Of a DNA stretch of 64,000 bases, positions 44,184 through 54,514 are shown one piece after another (within the stretch, counting starts at the first letter, position 1; every line of letters starts with the position of its first letter). The stretch is from Candidatus Shapirobacteria bacterium. Its GTDB lineage: Bacteria > Patescibacteriota > Microgenomatia > UBA12405. Under the pieces are notes generated by a model, which ran no database searches, was not told the origin of the DNA, and worked only from the letters and a program-made list of their open reading frames with translations. Where the stretch lies: contig JAGORQ010000004.1 of NCBI GenBank assembly GCA_018062705.1, positions 2,345 through 66,344 on the forward strand, given 5' to 3'. Made by a program: the position numbers and the translations under genes.

Positions 44184-46302
44184 ACAGAAGCTTTGGTTGA
44201 TAGTTGTGGGTGTGGTTGTTTTGATAGGTGTAGTGGTACTAGCCGTTATGCTGAAGGATATTCCTAACCCGAAGAAATTAGTATTAGACGAATATCCTGA
44301 ATCATCCCAACTATACGACCGTAATGGCAAATTGCTGTTTGAATTTTATGGTGATAAACGAAGAATTAAAACTAGCATTGATAAACTTCCTGACAGTTTG
44401 GTCGAGGCAACAATTTCGATTGAGGATGCTAATTTTTATAACCATAACGGTTTTGATTGGCGAGGCATTTTGAGGGGGTTATACAGAACAATTGTGGAAA
44501 AGAGACTCCAGGGAGGTTCAACCTTGACTCAACAGTTGGTTAAAAATGGACTACTTACCCAGGAAAGAACAGTGACTAGAAAAATAAAAGAGGCGGTACT
44601 AACAGTTATTACGGAACTGATGTACAGTAAAAAAGAGATTTTAGAAATGTATTTTAACCAAACTCCTTATGGGGGAACGATTTGGGGAGTAGGAGCGGCG
44701 GCGAGAGGAATATTTAACAAAAATGTTGCCGATTTGGATTTGGCAGAATCTGCATTAATTGCCGGGTTGCCGGGATCACCAACAAGATACAACCCTTTTT
44801 ACCACGCCGATTTGGCCAAACAGAGACAAGGTCAAGTACTATCACGAATGCTGGATTTGGGATACATCTCGAAAGAAGAACATGATAAAGCAGAGGCGGA
44901 ACAGTTAAATTATTATGTCAGCAAAAACAACATTGTGGCACCACATTTTGTATTTTATGTAAAAGAGAAGTTGGTAGAAAAATATGGAGAAAAATTGGTA
45001 AATGAGGGTGGTTTAAAAATTACTACAAGCTTGGATTCGGAGATGCAACAATTTGCCGAACTAGCAATTGCTTCAGAAACAGGCAAGTTGAAAAAATACA
45101 ATGTCACCAATGGAGCAGCGCTTATTGTTGAACCAAAGACAGGTCAAATATTATCGATGGTAGGATCAAAAGACTATTGGGCCAATGATATTGATGGTAA
45201 GTTTAATGTAACTACTGCCAATCGTCAGCCAGGCTCGTCAATCAAACCGCTGAATTATGCGGTAGCGATTGAGACAGGAAAAATTACCGCAGCATCAATT
45301 TTCGATGACCGACCGACTTGTTTTAAGGTGGAAAATCAAAAACCGTACTGCCCAACTAACTACGGTGGGGCATATCACGGAATTCAAACTACAAGAAATT
45401 CTCTAGCCAACTCATTAAATATTCCAGCGGTTAAAGTGTTGAAACTTAATGGTTTGGAGACTTTTGTAGCATCGGCTTCGGCAATGGGTTTGTCCACACT
45501 AGATAATGCTTCGGATTACGGACTATCACTAACCTTGGGAGGGGGTGAGGTAACTATGGAAAATATGGTTGAAGCCTACGGTGTTTTGGCAAATATGGGA
45601 ACAAAACAGAAGCTAGAATCTATACTTAAAGTAGAAGATAGGAAGGGAAAGGTGATTGATGAATACCAATCAATCCCCGGGGAAAGAGTAATATCAAAAG
45701 AGGCGAGCTTTATAGTTGGCAACATACTAAGTGATGATGGTGCAAGAAGCATGGTGTTTGGGGCAGGATCATTGTTAAACATAAAAAAACATCCAGAAGT
45801 ATCAGTGAAAACTGGAACGACCAATGATTTGAGAGATAATTGGACAATTGGATATACTAGCGATTTTGTAACTGCAGTGTGGGTAGGAAATAATGATAAT
45901 TCAAAAATGAGTGGGGTGGTGTCGGGGACAACTGGGGCGGCGCCTATTTGGAACAAAGTAATGACCTACTTGCTTCGAGACAAGCAGGTTAAAAAACCAG
46001 CGTTACCACAAGACGTAATAAGTTTGTCGGTGTGCAATTTGACAGGACAACTGCCGCCCGATTCGGGTTGCGACAGCCATAATGAATATTTTATAAAGGA
46101 ATATTTACCAACCAAAAGAGTAGATATAAATCAAAATATTTTAATTGACAAAGACACTGGTAGAATAGTGGTGGAGGGTGATAACAAACCAAATGTGGAA
46201 TGGCAAGTGCACCCGGCGGTGACAGACGCTACTGGGATTACGGTTTGTTTGGATTGCCCACCACCAGGTGATGCTGACAAAAAGTCGGCAACCATCAATT
46301 AA
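44134..46302 (+). CDS. Class A penicillin-binding protein (PBP1A; glycosyltransferase + transpeptidase)
   Basis: GT51 EDANFYNHNGFD, RLQGGSTLTQQ; TPase RQPGSSIKP (SxxK), KTGTT. Confidence 0.85.
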   Translation: MTGIKNKKKKVGSGKIKQKLWLIVVGVVVLIGVVVLAVMLKDIPNPKKLVLDEYPESSQLYDRNGKLLFEFYGDKRRIKTSIDKLPDSLVEATISIEDANFYNHNGFDWRGILRGLYRTIVEKRLQGGSTLTQQLVKNGLLTQERTVTRKIKEAVLTVITELMYSKKEILEMYFNQTPYGGTIWGVGAAARGIFNKNVADLDLAESALIAGLPGSPTRYNPFYHADLAKQRQGQVLSRMLDLGYISKEEHDKAEAEQLNYYVSKNNIVAPHFVFYVKEKLVEKYGEKLVNEGGLKITTSLDSEMQQFAELAIASETGKLKKYNVTNGAALIVEPKTGQILSMVGSKDYWANDIDGKFNVTTANRQPGSSIKPLNYAVAIETGKITAASIFDDRPTCFKVENQKPYCPTNYGGAYHGIQTTRNSLANSLNIPAVKVLKLNGLETFVASASAMGLSTLDNASDYGLSLTLGGGEVTMENMVEAYGVLANMGTKQKLESILKVEDRKGKVIDEYQSIPGERVISKEASFIVGNILSDDGARSMVFGAGSLLNIKKHPEVSVKTGTTNDLRDNWTIGYTSDFVTAVWVGNNDNSKMSGVVSGTTGAAPIWNKVMTYLLRDKQVKKPALPQDVISLSVCNLTGQLPPDSGCDSHNEYFIKEYLPTKRVDINQNILIDKDTGRIVVEGDNKPNVEWQVHPAVTDATGITVCLDCPPPGDADKKSATIN

Positions 46303-46314
46303 AAGCAGGTACTG

Positions 46315-48342
46315 ATGAATTTGGTGACACAAGTCGTAAAACTATTAATTGGCTTGGGAAAGCCAGTATACCGACTGATTAAGTTTTTTACTCGGATAAG
46401 GACGGCACAAATAACAGGGATTATTTTAATGTTAATTTTTGGCGGTGGTTTGTGGTGGTTTTATAAAAATATTGCTACAAAATTACCTAATGTTAATGAA
46501 ATATACAGCCCGCCAAAGCTGTCAACTACGATCTTGGATAAGAACGGAGCGTTACTTTATAAATTTTATGATAAAGAAAATCGGAGTTGGGTGGGCATAG
46601 ATAAAATCCCTCAGAATTTAATTAACGCAACAATTGCAATTGAAGATAAAGATTTTTATAAACACCATGGATTATCGTTCAAGGGAATATTAAATGCGCT
46701 AATTTTTGATTTTAAAAACAGGGGGGATTCGCAACTTAGAGGTGGTTCGACAATTACTCAACAATTAGTAAAAAATGTATTTTTCCCTAACGAAGAGGGC
46801 TTTAAAAGAAAAATAAAAGAAGCGATTGTAACAATAATGCTAGAGACAAAATTATCAAAGCAAGATATTTTGGAAAGATATTTTAATCAAGTTCCCTATG
46901 GCGGTGATATATATGGTGTAGAGGAAGCGGCCAGAAGATATTTTGGAAAAAATGTGGATCAGATAGATTTGAACGAGGCGGCGTTTTTGGCTGGATTGAC
47001 TGCAGCACCAGGTTCGTATAATCCATGGGGCGATAATCCGGAGTTGGCTCAATTGAGGCGCAAACATGTGTTGGAGGAAATGGTGGCGGCCAAATATATT
47101 AGTGGTGATGACGCCAAGAAACTGGCAAATATCAGGGTTGTAACGGTAAATGAGAAACCAAAAATTGTAGCGCCTCATTTTGTGTTTTATATCAAAAAGG
47201 TCCTGGAGGACAAATATGGATTTAAAGATGTTGGCAGGCTAGGGCTAACAGTCAGAACAACTCTTGATTCAAAGGTGCAAAAAATGGCAGAGGGGGTAGT
47301 TAAAGACGAGGTAAATAAAGTGGCAGGATTGAGAATAGGTAACGGGGCAGCGCTAATACTCGATGTGAAAAATGGCGATATTTTGGCCATGGTAGGGTCA
47401 AAAGACTATTGGGCAACAGACATTGATGGTAAATACAATGTAACCACTTCACTGCGGCAACCTGGATCGTCAATTAAACCGATTAATTATCTACTAGCAA
47501 TTCAAAAAGGAAGAACGTTGGCGTCGGTAATTGATGATAGCCCAGTGACATATTACGTGGCGGGACAAAAACCATATAGCCCAAAAAACTATACTGGGAG
47601 ATACCTGGGGTCAGTGACGATTAAAACAGCATTGGCATCGTCACTAAACGTGCCTTCAGTCAAACTGTTGGCTGAAAACGGTGTGTCAGACCTAATTGAT
47701 TTGGGCCAAAATATGGGGATAACCACTTGGGGTGATAGAAAACGCTTTGGCCTGTCATTAGCCTTGGGAAGTGGTGAGGTAAAAATGACTGAATTGGCTC
47801 AAGCATATAGTATATTTGCAAACCTAGGGGATAAGGTGACGGTTGACCCGATTCAAAAAATTAGTAATTATTTGGGTGAAGATGTTTATAACAAGGCTGT
47901 CTCCCGTCAAAAAATAATTGATCCTGGACAAGCATTTTTAATTAACCAAGCATTAAGTGACGACTTGGCAAGAGCACCAATTTTTGGATTAAACTCCAAA
48001 TTAAAAATTGGAAACAAAACGGTAGCTGTAAAAACCGGGACAACCAACAATCTTAAAGATAATTGGTGTATTGGCTGGACACCGACATATTTGGTGGCTA
48101 CCTGGGTGGGAAACAATGACGCTACTCCAATGAGCTGGGTGGCTTCGGGAGTATCTGGAGCTACCCCGATATGGAATTTAATTATGCATCAGCTGATTGA
48201 TAAAAAAACTGATGAAAGTTGGTCGACTCCTAATGATGTTTATAAAGAAAATGTTTGTGGAAAAGAAGAGTATTTTTTGACCAACACCAACAAAAATATT
48301 GTATGCCCGACCAGACCAGTACCGACGCCTACAAATTTTTAA
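46315..48342 (+). CDS. Class A penicillin-binding protein (second PBP1A paralog)
   Basis: EDKDFYKHHGLS, RGGSTITQQ, RQPGSSIKP, KTGTT. Confidence 0.85.
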   Translation: MNLVTQVVKLLIGLGKPVYRLIKFFTRIRTAQITGIILMLIFGGGLWWFYKNIATKLPNVNEIYSPPKLSTTILDKNGALLYKFYDKENRSWVGIDKIPQNLINATIAIEDKDFYKHHGLSFKGILNALIFDFKNRGDSQLRGGSTITQQLVKNVFFPNEEGFKRKIKEAIVTIMLETKLSKQDILERYFNQVPYGGDIYGVEEAARRYFGKNVDQIDLNEAAFLAGLTAAPGSYNPWGDNPELAQLRRKHVLEEMVAAKYISGDDAKKLANIRVVTVNEKPKIVAPHFVFYIKKVLEDKYGFKDVGRLGLTVRTTLDSKVQKMAEGVVKDEVNKVAGLRIGNGAALILDVKNGDILAMVGSKDYWATDIDGKYNVTTSLRQPGSSIKPINYLLAIQKGRTLASVIDDSPVTYYVAGQKPYSPKNYTGRYLGSVTIKTALASSLNVPSVKLLAENGVSDLIDLGQNMGITTWGDRKRFGLSLALGSGEVKMTELAQAYSIFANLGDKVTVDPIQKISNYLGEDVYNKAVSRQKIIDPGQAFLINQALSDDLARAPIFGLNSKLKIGNKTVAVKTGTTNNLKDNWCIGWTPTYLVATWVGNNDATPMSWVASGVSGATPIWNLIMHQLIDKKTDESWSTPNDVYKENVCGKEEYFLTNTNKNIVCPTRPVPTPTNF

Positions 48343-48943
48343 TGACTGACCAATAGTAAGATTCGATCACGGTAGGGATATTTTTTTTGGATTCAGAGAG
48401 GTTTTGACCGTTAATTTTGATATAAAAATATATTTGATTATTGGGAATATTAACAATTGCTTGATAGATTATCTGATCTGAAGTTTCAGTTAATATGTCT
48501 TTGACTGTTAGTCCTTCAGGTAAAACGTCAACCAGAAGGTTGGTAGGAGGTGTTTTTAATTTTGTTAATAAATCGATTTGCTTGGCAGCAAAAGCATCAT
48601 TGATAGCTGGGTCGATATTGTAGGTGTAAGGTTTGAGTTTTTTTGGTAAAAAGAAAATTGACCAACTAGATGAGTCTTTGCTAATGATCTCAGAGATGTT
48701 TGATTTGTTTGAAGATAGTGTTTGGAGTGAAGAAGAAACCTGGGGAAGTTTAAACTTGGGTATTTGAAAATACCTTAGGGTTCGGTAGGCCCAAAATAAT
48801 AAGCTAAGACCAATAGTAATAATAAGCAAAATGATGACTAAGCGACGTTTACGTTGGAGCAACTCGGTAGATGAAGGACCAGAGTCTTTTTCTTCGAGAG
48901 GAAGTTGGGTGGATTTTTTTAGTTTATCTCTTTTTTCAAGCAT
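48329..48943 (-). CDS. Membrane-anchored hypothetical protein
   Basis: 204 aa, single N-terminal TM. Confidence 0.4.
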   Translation of the reverse strand: MLEKRDKLKKSTQLPLEEKDSGPSSTELLQRKRRLVIILLIITIGLSLLFWAYRTLRYFQIPKFKLPQVSSSLQTLSSNKSNISEIISKDSSSWSIFFLPKKLKPYTYNIDPAINDAFAAKQIDLLTKLKTPPTNLLVDVLPEGLTVKDILTETSDQIIYQAIVNIPNNQIYFYIKINGQNLSESKKNIPTVIESYYWSVIKNL

Positions 48944-48948
48944 ATTAG

Positions 48949-49866
48949 TTAGGAGGCAATTTGATCATAAGTAAGCAGTCCAGGCTTGGCGCCAAGGGCG
49001 GAAACGGCGGCGGCTGAGTTTTTTATACCCCAAAATAAGGCATTTTCTGGAGTTTGTCCGTAAACAAGTCCACCGATAAATCCTGAGCCAAAAGCGTCCC
49101 CTGCCCCAGTTTCATCAACCGGGGTGGTGTTAATAATTGGAGAGTAAAATTTTTGGCCAGAAGTGGAGATGTAGGCACCATCACGACCGTTGGTAACAGC
49201 AATAATCTGGGGACCAAAACTTGTTAATTTATCCCAAAAATCAGTGTGGTTAACTGTCAGGCTGGTGAGTATTTCTGACTCAGTTTTGTTGAGTAATAAA
49301 AAATCAAGATGCTGGAGAAGCGGAATCAAACGACGTAAGTTGTTGAGCTCACGGCGACCAGGATTGAAAGATAATTTTATTTTGTGCTCCACTGCAAAAC
49401 CAATGAGCTGTTCTAAAAGATCAATATTGCCTTCAAGTGAGGTGATGTAGAACCATTTGACAGAAGTTAATTTACTCCAATTAATATGTTTGGCCTCGAG
49501 ACTAGTGAGGCCACGATTAGTAAAAATACTCCGACCACCAACAGGGTCGACCAGAATGACGGAAAAGTCAGTATTATCGGAGTTTTTGATAATAAGCGAC
49601 TGATCAATTTTTTCGGAATCTAAATCATTAATAATTATCTGAGAAAGTGGATCAGAACCGATAAGCGATGCACAAGCAACCTTTAGTTTGAGACGAGAAA
49701 AGGTGGTGGCAGCATTGGTAGCGCCCCCACCACTGGAAAATAGACTTTGAGAAACCTCGTTTTTGGAAGAAGTTGGTATACCAAGTAGACCATCTTTGAT
49801 GACTAACTGAGGAGACTTGATAAAAATATCGACCGTAGCGGCACCGAAAGTAACAACGTCAAACAT
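48949..49866 (-). CDS. PfkB-family carbohydrate kinase (ribokinase-like)
   Basis: C-terminal DETGAGDAFGSGF (PfkB signature 2). Confidence 0.75.
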   Translation of the reverse strand: MFDVVTFGAATVDIFIKSPQLVIKDGLLGIPTSSKNEVSQSLFSSGGGATNAATTFSRLKLKVACASLIGSDPLSQIIINDLDSEKIDQSLIIKNSDNTDFSVILVDPVGGRSIFTNRGLTSLEAKHINWSKLTSVKWFYITSLEGNIDLLEQLIGFAVEHKIKLSFNPGRRELNNLRRLIPLLQHLDFLLLNKTESEILTSLTVNHTDFWDKLTSFGPQIIAVTNGRDGAYISTSGQKFYSPIINTTPVDETGAGDAFGSGFIGGLVYGQTPENALFWGIKNSAAAVSALGAKPGLLTYDQIAS

Positions 49867-49909
49867 AAGTTAGTTTATAAAGTTGATAAAGTTTGTAAAG
49901 TTCATTAAG

Positions 49910-50743
49910 TTATTGGTGGTGAAAATTTTTAAGTTTTTCGATGACGACTTTTTGAACATCTGAAATTACGGGGATAAAATAGTCGTACATTTTTTCGGTA
50001 TTTTGAGAAATTAGTGAAGCGGTGAGACTTTGTTTGAATTGCAAGCGAAGGTCAGTGTTGATGTTGATTTTAACAATTCCCAATTTGACGGCCATTTTGA
50101 CATCTTCAAGCGGTATCCCGGAGCCACCATGGAGGGTAAACATTTTTGTGGGTAGGGCTGAGGCAATTTCAGAAAGTCGCTCTAAATCAATTTTTTCAGG
50201 AGCCGATTTGTTGACTCCGTGTAAATTCCCGATAGAGACAGCAAACAAATCGGCATTGGTAGCGGTCATAAACTCAACCGCTTCATCAACCTTGGTGTAA
50301 TTGTCTTGAGCAACACCTTCGGTAGTCAGATTGATATGATTAAATTCAACTTCGATAATTATATTGGGGTTAATTTTTTTGGCCTCCGCTACAAAGTCTA
50401 TAGATTTGGATAAATTTTCCGAATAAGGAAGCTTAGAGCCATCAAAATGAACCATATCGAAGCCAAGCTTGACAGTTTCAAGTAATCTGTCTAGATTTTG
50501 ACAGTGATCCATATTGAGATAAATTGGAACTCCGTCAGCATTGGCTTTGCGGACAAGCATCATCAATCTTTCAGCCTGAATGAATTTGTCTTCACCGGCA
50601 GACAGCTGAACTAAACAGGGAAGTGAGGTATCGCGAACAGCTGCTTCAACCGCCTGAAAGATTTCAAAGGTGTCAATATTAAATGAGGGTAGAGCACTAT
50701 GGATACTTTTGTAGTTCAATAATAGTTCTTTTAATGGTGTCAT
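49910..50743 (-). CDS. fba: Class II fructose/tagatose-bisphosphate aldolase
   Basis: ALPSFNIDTFE.., NMDHCQ, LHGGSG motifs. Confidence 0.8.
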   Translation of the reverse strand: MTPLKELLLNYKSIHSALPSFNIDTFEIFQAVEAAVRDTSLPCLVQLSAGEDKFIQAERLMMLVRKANADGVPIYLNMDHCQNLDRLLETVKLGFDMVHFDGSKLPYSENLSKSIDFVAEAKKINPNIIIEVEFNHINLTTEGVAQDNYTKVDEAVEFMTATNADLFAVSIGNLHGVNKSAPEKIDLERLSEIASALPTKMFTLHGGSGIPLEDVKMAVKLGIVKININTDLRLQFKQSLTASLISQNTEKMYDYFIPVISDVQKVVIEKLKNFHHQ

Positions 50744-51675
50744 AGGATTTTTTTAATGGCTAATTTTATAGCATTAATATCGAGCCCGTAATGATGATAA
50801 AGCGTGCTAACATCACGACTGGACTGGCCAAACTGATTGTCAACTCCAAGGTGGGTAAATTTAGATTTGATATTGTGAGATAGCAGGAGGCTGGCGACTG
50901 CCTCCCCTAGCCCACCAATTTTTTGATGATCCTCAATAACGAGACAGCGACCGGTTTTTTTGACTGACTTTAAAATTGTTTGAGAGTCGAGCGGTTTAAT
51001 GGAAGAACAGTTGATAATCTCCAATTTACAATCTTCAATCTTCAATGAAAATGCAGTCGTTAGGATGGGACCGTAGCCAAGAATGGTGACATCGGATCCT
51101 GACTGGATGATTTGAGATTTTCCAACGGTGAAGGGGTGCTTAACGGGGAATATCTGGGGTGTTTCCGCGCCGACAATACGAATATAAGAAGGCGTTTTTG
51201 TACGAGCTATTGTTTTAATTATTTTTGAGGTTTCGGTGGCATCGATGGGGGCGAAGACTTCCATGTTGGGAAGGGAACGCATTAAGGCCACATCTTCAAG
51301 CATTTGGTGAGTTGCCCCCAAAACACCAGTCATTAGGCCGGAATAACCGCCGACAATTTTTACATTAAGATTGTTGTAACAAATTGACTCGCGGATAGCA
51401 CTCCAATTTACACCAGGAGAAAAACAAGCGAAACTAGCTAAAAAAACTGTTTTACCAGATTTGGCTAAACCAGCAGCGATACTAGCGGCATTATTTTCGG
51501 CGACGCCACATTCGATAAAACGGGAACGGAATTTTTTGGCAAACTTGGTGAGACGCATTGACTCGCGCAGATCCATACTAACCACATACAATTCGGGGAT
51601 TTGGCTACCTAGCTCGACTAAAGTGTCACCAAAAGCTTGACGCATGGAGGCTAAGGTCAATTTTTCATTTATCAT
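50740..51675 (-). CDS. Transketolase, C-terminal (pyrimidine-binding) subunit
   Basis: 311 aa; pyrimidine-binding and C-terminal transketolase domains; overlaps upstream partner. Confidence 0.85.
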   Translation of the reverse strand: MINEKLTLASMRQAFGDTLVELGSQIPELYVVSMDLRESMRLTKFAKKFRSRFIECGVAENNAASIAAGLAKSGKTVFLASFACFSPGVNWSAIRESICYNNLNVKIVGGYSGLMTGVLGATHQMLEDVALMRSLPNMEVFAPIDATETSKIIKTIARTKTPSYIRIVGAETPQIFPVKHPFTVGKSQIIQSGSDVTILGYGPILTTAFSLKIEDCKLEIINCSSIKPLDSQTILKSVKKTGRCLVIEDHQKIGGLGEAVASLLLSHNIKSKFTHLGVDNQFGQSSRDVSTLYHHYGLDINAIKLAIKKIL

Positions 51676-52481
51676 TTATCATTTTTCATTGATAACTCAT
51701 TGATAGCCTGGTGGTAAAGGGTTTCGGATAAATTTTTGACATGATGATAGTCGGGATTATTTTCCATATAAGAAACGCCTTTGCCAAAAGTGGTTTTGGC
51801 AATAATGCAGGCAGGATAAATAGTTGAATCTTTGGATTTCTTAATAGCACTGACAAGGTCGTAAAAATTGTGTCCATCGACAGTAATTACTGTCCAGCCA
51901 AACTTGATATATTTGGCAGCCAATTCGCCGAGAGGCATAATGTCGTGAGTCGTACCGTCGATTTGAACATTATTGTAGTCAACAATATTGATTAAATTAC
52001 CTAGGTGATACTTGTTGGCAAAAAGGAGTGACTCCCAAATTTGACCTTCGTTATGCTCACCGTCGGAAGTGACACAAACTGTATGATGATCCTTGTCACC
52101 CAAAGCTAAACCACAAGCAAAAGACAGCCCTTGACCAAGTGAGCCGGAAGAAAATTCGACCCCAGGGACATCAATTGATTCATGGCCCTGAAAGATAGAA
52201 CCAAAACTACTAAAGGTATTGAGTTTTTTTTGACTTATATTTTTAAGGTTAGCCAGAATGGCGTAATGGGCCAAACATAAATGCCCAGCGGAAAGGATAA
52301 AATGATCTTTGGAGAAATCAAATAATCCAGAATAATAAAGAGCAATGAGCGGGTCGAGAACCGACAGGGCACCGCCAATATGGGCGGCGCCAGCAGAATA
52401 GGTGGCTTCAAGCATATCGAGGCGTAATTTTGAAGCATAACCCTCGAGTGGATGGGGCGGACGTTTTTTAAAAAGGTTCAC
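51672..52481 (-). CDS. Transketolase, N-terminal (thiamine-diphosphate-binding) subunit (GTG start)
   Basis: GHLCLAHYAIL, GSLGQGLS, DGEHNEGQ motifs. Confidence 0.85.
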   Translation of the reverse strand: MNLFKKRPPHPLEGYASKLRLDMLEATYSAGAAHIGGALSVLDPLIALYYSGLFDFSKDHFILSAGHLCLAHYAILANLKNISQKKLNTFSSFGSIFQGHESIDVPGVEFSSGSLGQGLSFACGLALGDKDHHTVCVTSDGEHNEGQIWESLLFANKYHLGNLINIVDYNNVQIDGTTHDIMPLGELAAKYIKFGWTVITVDGHNFYDLVSAIKKSKDSTIYPACIIAKTTFGKGVSYMENNPDYHHVKNLSETLYHQAINELSMKNDK

Positions 52482-52596
52482 TATTCAGTATAGAACAATT
52501 TAGTTTATAAAGTTTATCAAGTTTATAAAGTTCCTAAAGTTAGAGGTAATGTGGCTAACAAGAAAAAACACATTATTTATGATAAAGTAGCGTACT

Positions 52597-53133
52597 GTGA
52601 ATGATTTTTATAACAAATACTATAGAAGTGTGTCGGTATTTGTGGGTAGAAAAATAGATGATGAAGCACTAGTAGAGGAAATAACCCATGATGTACTGAT
52701 GGCTGCGTTTAATTCATTGCCAAATTTTAATCATCAGTCGGCGGAATTTAGCTGGATATGTGGAATTGCCAAACATAAAATCATTGATTACTACCGAAAA
52801 AAGAAACTGAAAACCATTTTGTTTTCGGCTAGCCCGGTATTTGAAGAGATTGCTGATAAAGCCTTGTCACCGGAAAAAGATGTACTAAAAAATGAACTTA
52901 AAAAAGAAATTAAAAAGACTTTTGATGAAATTAGAGCAGGCTATAAAAAAATACTGCGACTAAAGTATCTAGACGGTCTACGGGTAGCTCAAATTGCCAA
53001 ACTGATGGGTCTTACTCCTAAATCAGTGGAGTCGAGATTGCATCGGGCAAAAAAAGAGTTCCGAGCGTCGTGGAATTATGATACAAAAACGGCTAAAGAA
53101 GTTGTCGAAGATAGGCGGACTGATCGCCGTTAG
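52597..53133 (+). CDS. ECF-type RNA polymerase sigma-70 family factor
   Basis: Region 2 ..WICGIAKHKIIDYYRKKK.. and region 4 HTH LRVAQIAKLMGLTPKSVESRLHRAKKEFR. Confidence 0.75.
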   Translation: MNDFYNKYYRSVSVFVGRKIDDEALVEEITHDVLMAAFNSLPNFNHQSAEFSWICGIAKHKIIDYYRKKKLKTILFSASPVFEEIADKALSPEKDVLKNELKKEIKKTFDEIRAGYKKILRLKYLDGLRVAQIAKLMGLTPKSVESRLHRAKKEFRASWNYDTKTAKEVVEDRRTDRR

Positions 53134-53419
53134 GCAAGGGTATTTTTTGGGTAGAAATTTATACAATTTGTATTATCAACCATACTTAACGATAAGGGAG
53201 ATTGTGGAAAAACAGGATAAATCGCAGATTTTTTTGATTGTGCTATCAGCCATGACACCATCGATACTTTATGTGGTGGCGAGAATTATTTTTGATTTGG
53301 TGTGGTACCAACGAATTGTGCTGGTGACTGGGAGAGTGTTTTTGATTGCGGGGGGGATACAAGCCATAGTTTTGGCTTATTTGGGTTTTTGGATTTTTAA
53401 AGTTTTTAAAAATAAGTGA
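53078..53419 (+). CDS. Membrane protein, possible anti-sigma factor (uncertain)
   Basis: 113 aa with two TM, immediately after the ECF sigma gene. Confidence 0.3.
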   Translation: MIQKRLKKLSKIGGLIAVRQGYFLGRNLYNLYYQPYLTIREIVEKQDKSQIFLIVLSAMTPSILYVVARIIFDLVWYQRIVLVTGRVFLIAGGIQAIVLAYLGFWIFKVFKNK

Positions 53420-53857
53420 CTACATTTGAAGGACGATGGAAATTGGTGAACCACCTAACCGGGACAAATCGAGCAGCAGCTGAACCTGCTGTAGCAAAAA
53501 GAGTGTCACTAGTTAGCGACCAGGGAGAACAAAAAGCTGTTGAGAAGGCGATGAAACAAATGGTGACTGCCTTAAGAGAACCAGGGAAACATCCGAGTGT
53601 GGAGGTAATTTTTTTAGAAGATGCTTAACATAAGTTACCAAGAAGCTAACTGGTATTTTTGTTTGGCTGGGATGGAGCCAAGAATTATTTTTCCGGATGT
53701 ACCGGCGGAAAATAGAAATCTAAATTTGGCAGATCCGGTGGTTTTGAGAGCTGTTTTAAACTGTAAAAAGAGGACTTTGATGGATGGAGTCTATTTTAAA
53801 AATGGATGTGCTGGATGTGTGTGTAGAGAAAGGGTGGATTTGGAAAAATTGAGCTAG
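53416..53857 (+). CDS. Two short overlapping hypothetical ORFs (53416-53628 and 53621-53857), GC-richer; coding status uncertain
   Basis: 70 and 78 aa ORFs from the ORF track. Confidence 0.2.
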
Positions 53858-54348
53858 AGATGGCGGATAAAAAGCAACCCAACCTCATCAACGCTACCAT
53901 CAAAATATCCAGGTATTTCACAGAGAAATTTTAGTCCTGATGCTTCTAAAAATTCCCTTGAACCACCTTTGTCAGGATCAATATTGGTATCAGCCAAGAC
54001 AGACTTACCACCGTGTCTTTGGATTTCTTTGTAGACACTTTCCATAAGTTTTTTGCCACGACCTTGACGCCTCACTGACGGAAGTTGTCCATCTATAGTT
54101 CCTTTGTCCACCGCGATTACCGGAATTGTCCATTGATCAAATGAAAAAGAGTTTCGATAAGCGATTACTGCACCAACAACAACATTTTCTTCTTTGTCAA
54201 TCACACCAATAACTTCTGGCGAAACTTGGCTACGAAGGCGTGGCAATAATTCTTCAAGATTACACCACCGATTTATTTGTTTAAATTGTCGATGATAAAA
54301 ATCGACTACTTGTTGGCAATTTTTTGCAGATAATAATTCCAAGGCCAT
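53854..54348 (-). CDS. GNAT-family N-acetyltransferase
   Basis: VIAVDKG...VRRQGRGKKLME acetyl-CoA binding motif. Confidence 0.6.
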   Translation of the reverse strand: MALELLSAKNCQQVVDFYHRQFKQINRWCNLEELLPRLRSQVSPEVIGVIDKEENVVVGAVIAYRNSFSFDQWTIPVIAVDKGTIDGQLPSVRRQGRGKKLMESVYKEIQRHGGKSVLADTNIDPDKGGSREFLEASGLKFLCEIPGYFDGSVDEVGLLFIRHL

Positions 54349-54384
54349 GATGTGGATTGTATCACTTAGCGAAAGATTTGTTTA

Positions 54385-54459
54385 TTGGAGTCCCGGGTGG
54401 GAGTCGAACCCGCCTGAACAGTTTTGCAGACTGCTGTATAACCGCTTTACTACCGGGAC
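54385..54459 (-). tRNA. tRNA-Cys (anticodon GCA), CCA encoded
   Basis: Manual fold: acceptor GTCCCGG/CCGGGAC, anticodon stem GCAGT/ACTGT, loop CTGCAAA, T arm GCGGG-TTCGACT-CCCAC (one mismatch), disc T, CCA. Confidence 0.75.
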
Positions 54460-54514
54460 ATATTTTATTTATTCCATGCCTATTGTAGCAAAACTGAGCC
54501 TTAATTTAACGGGC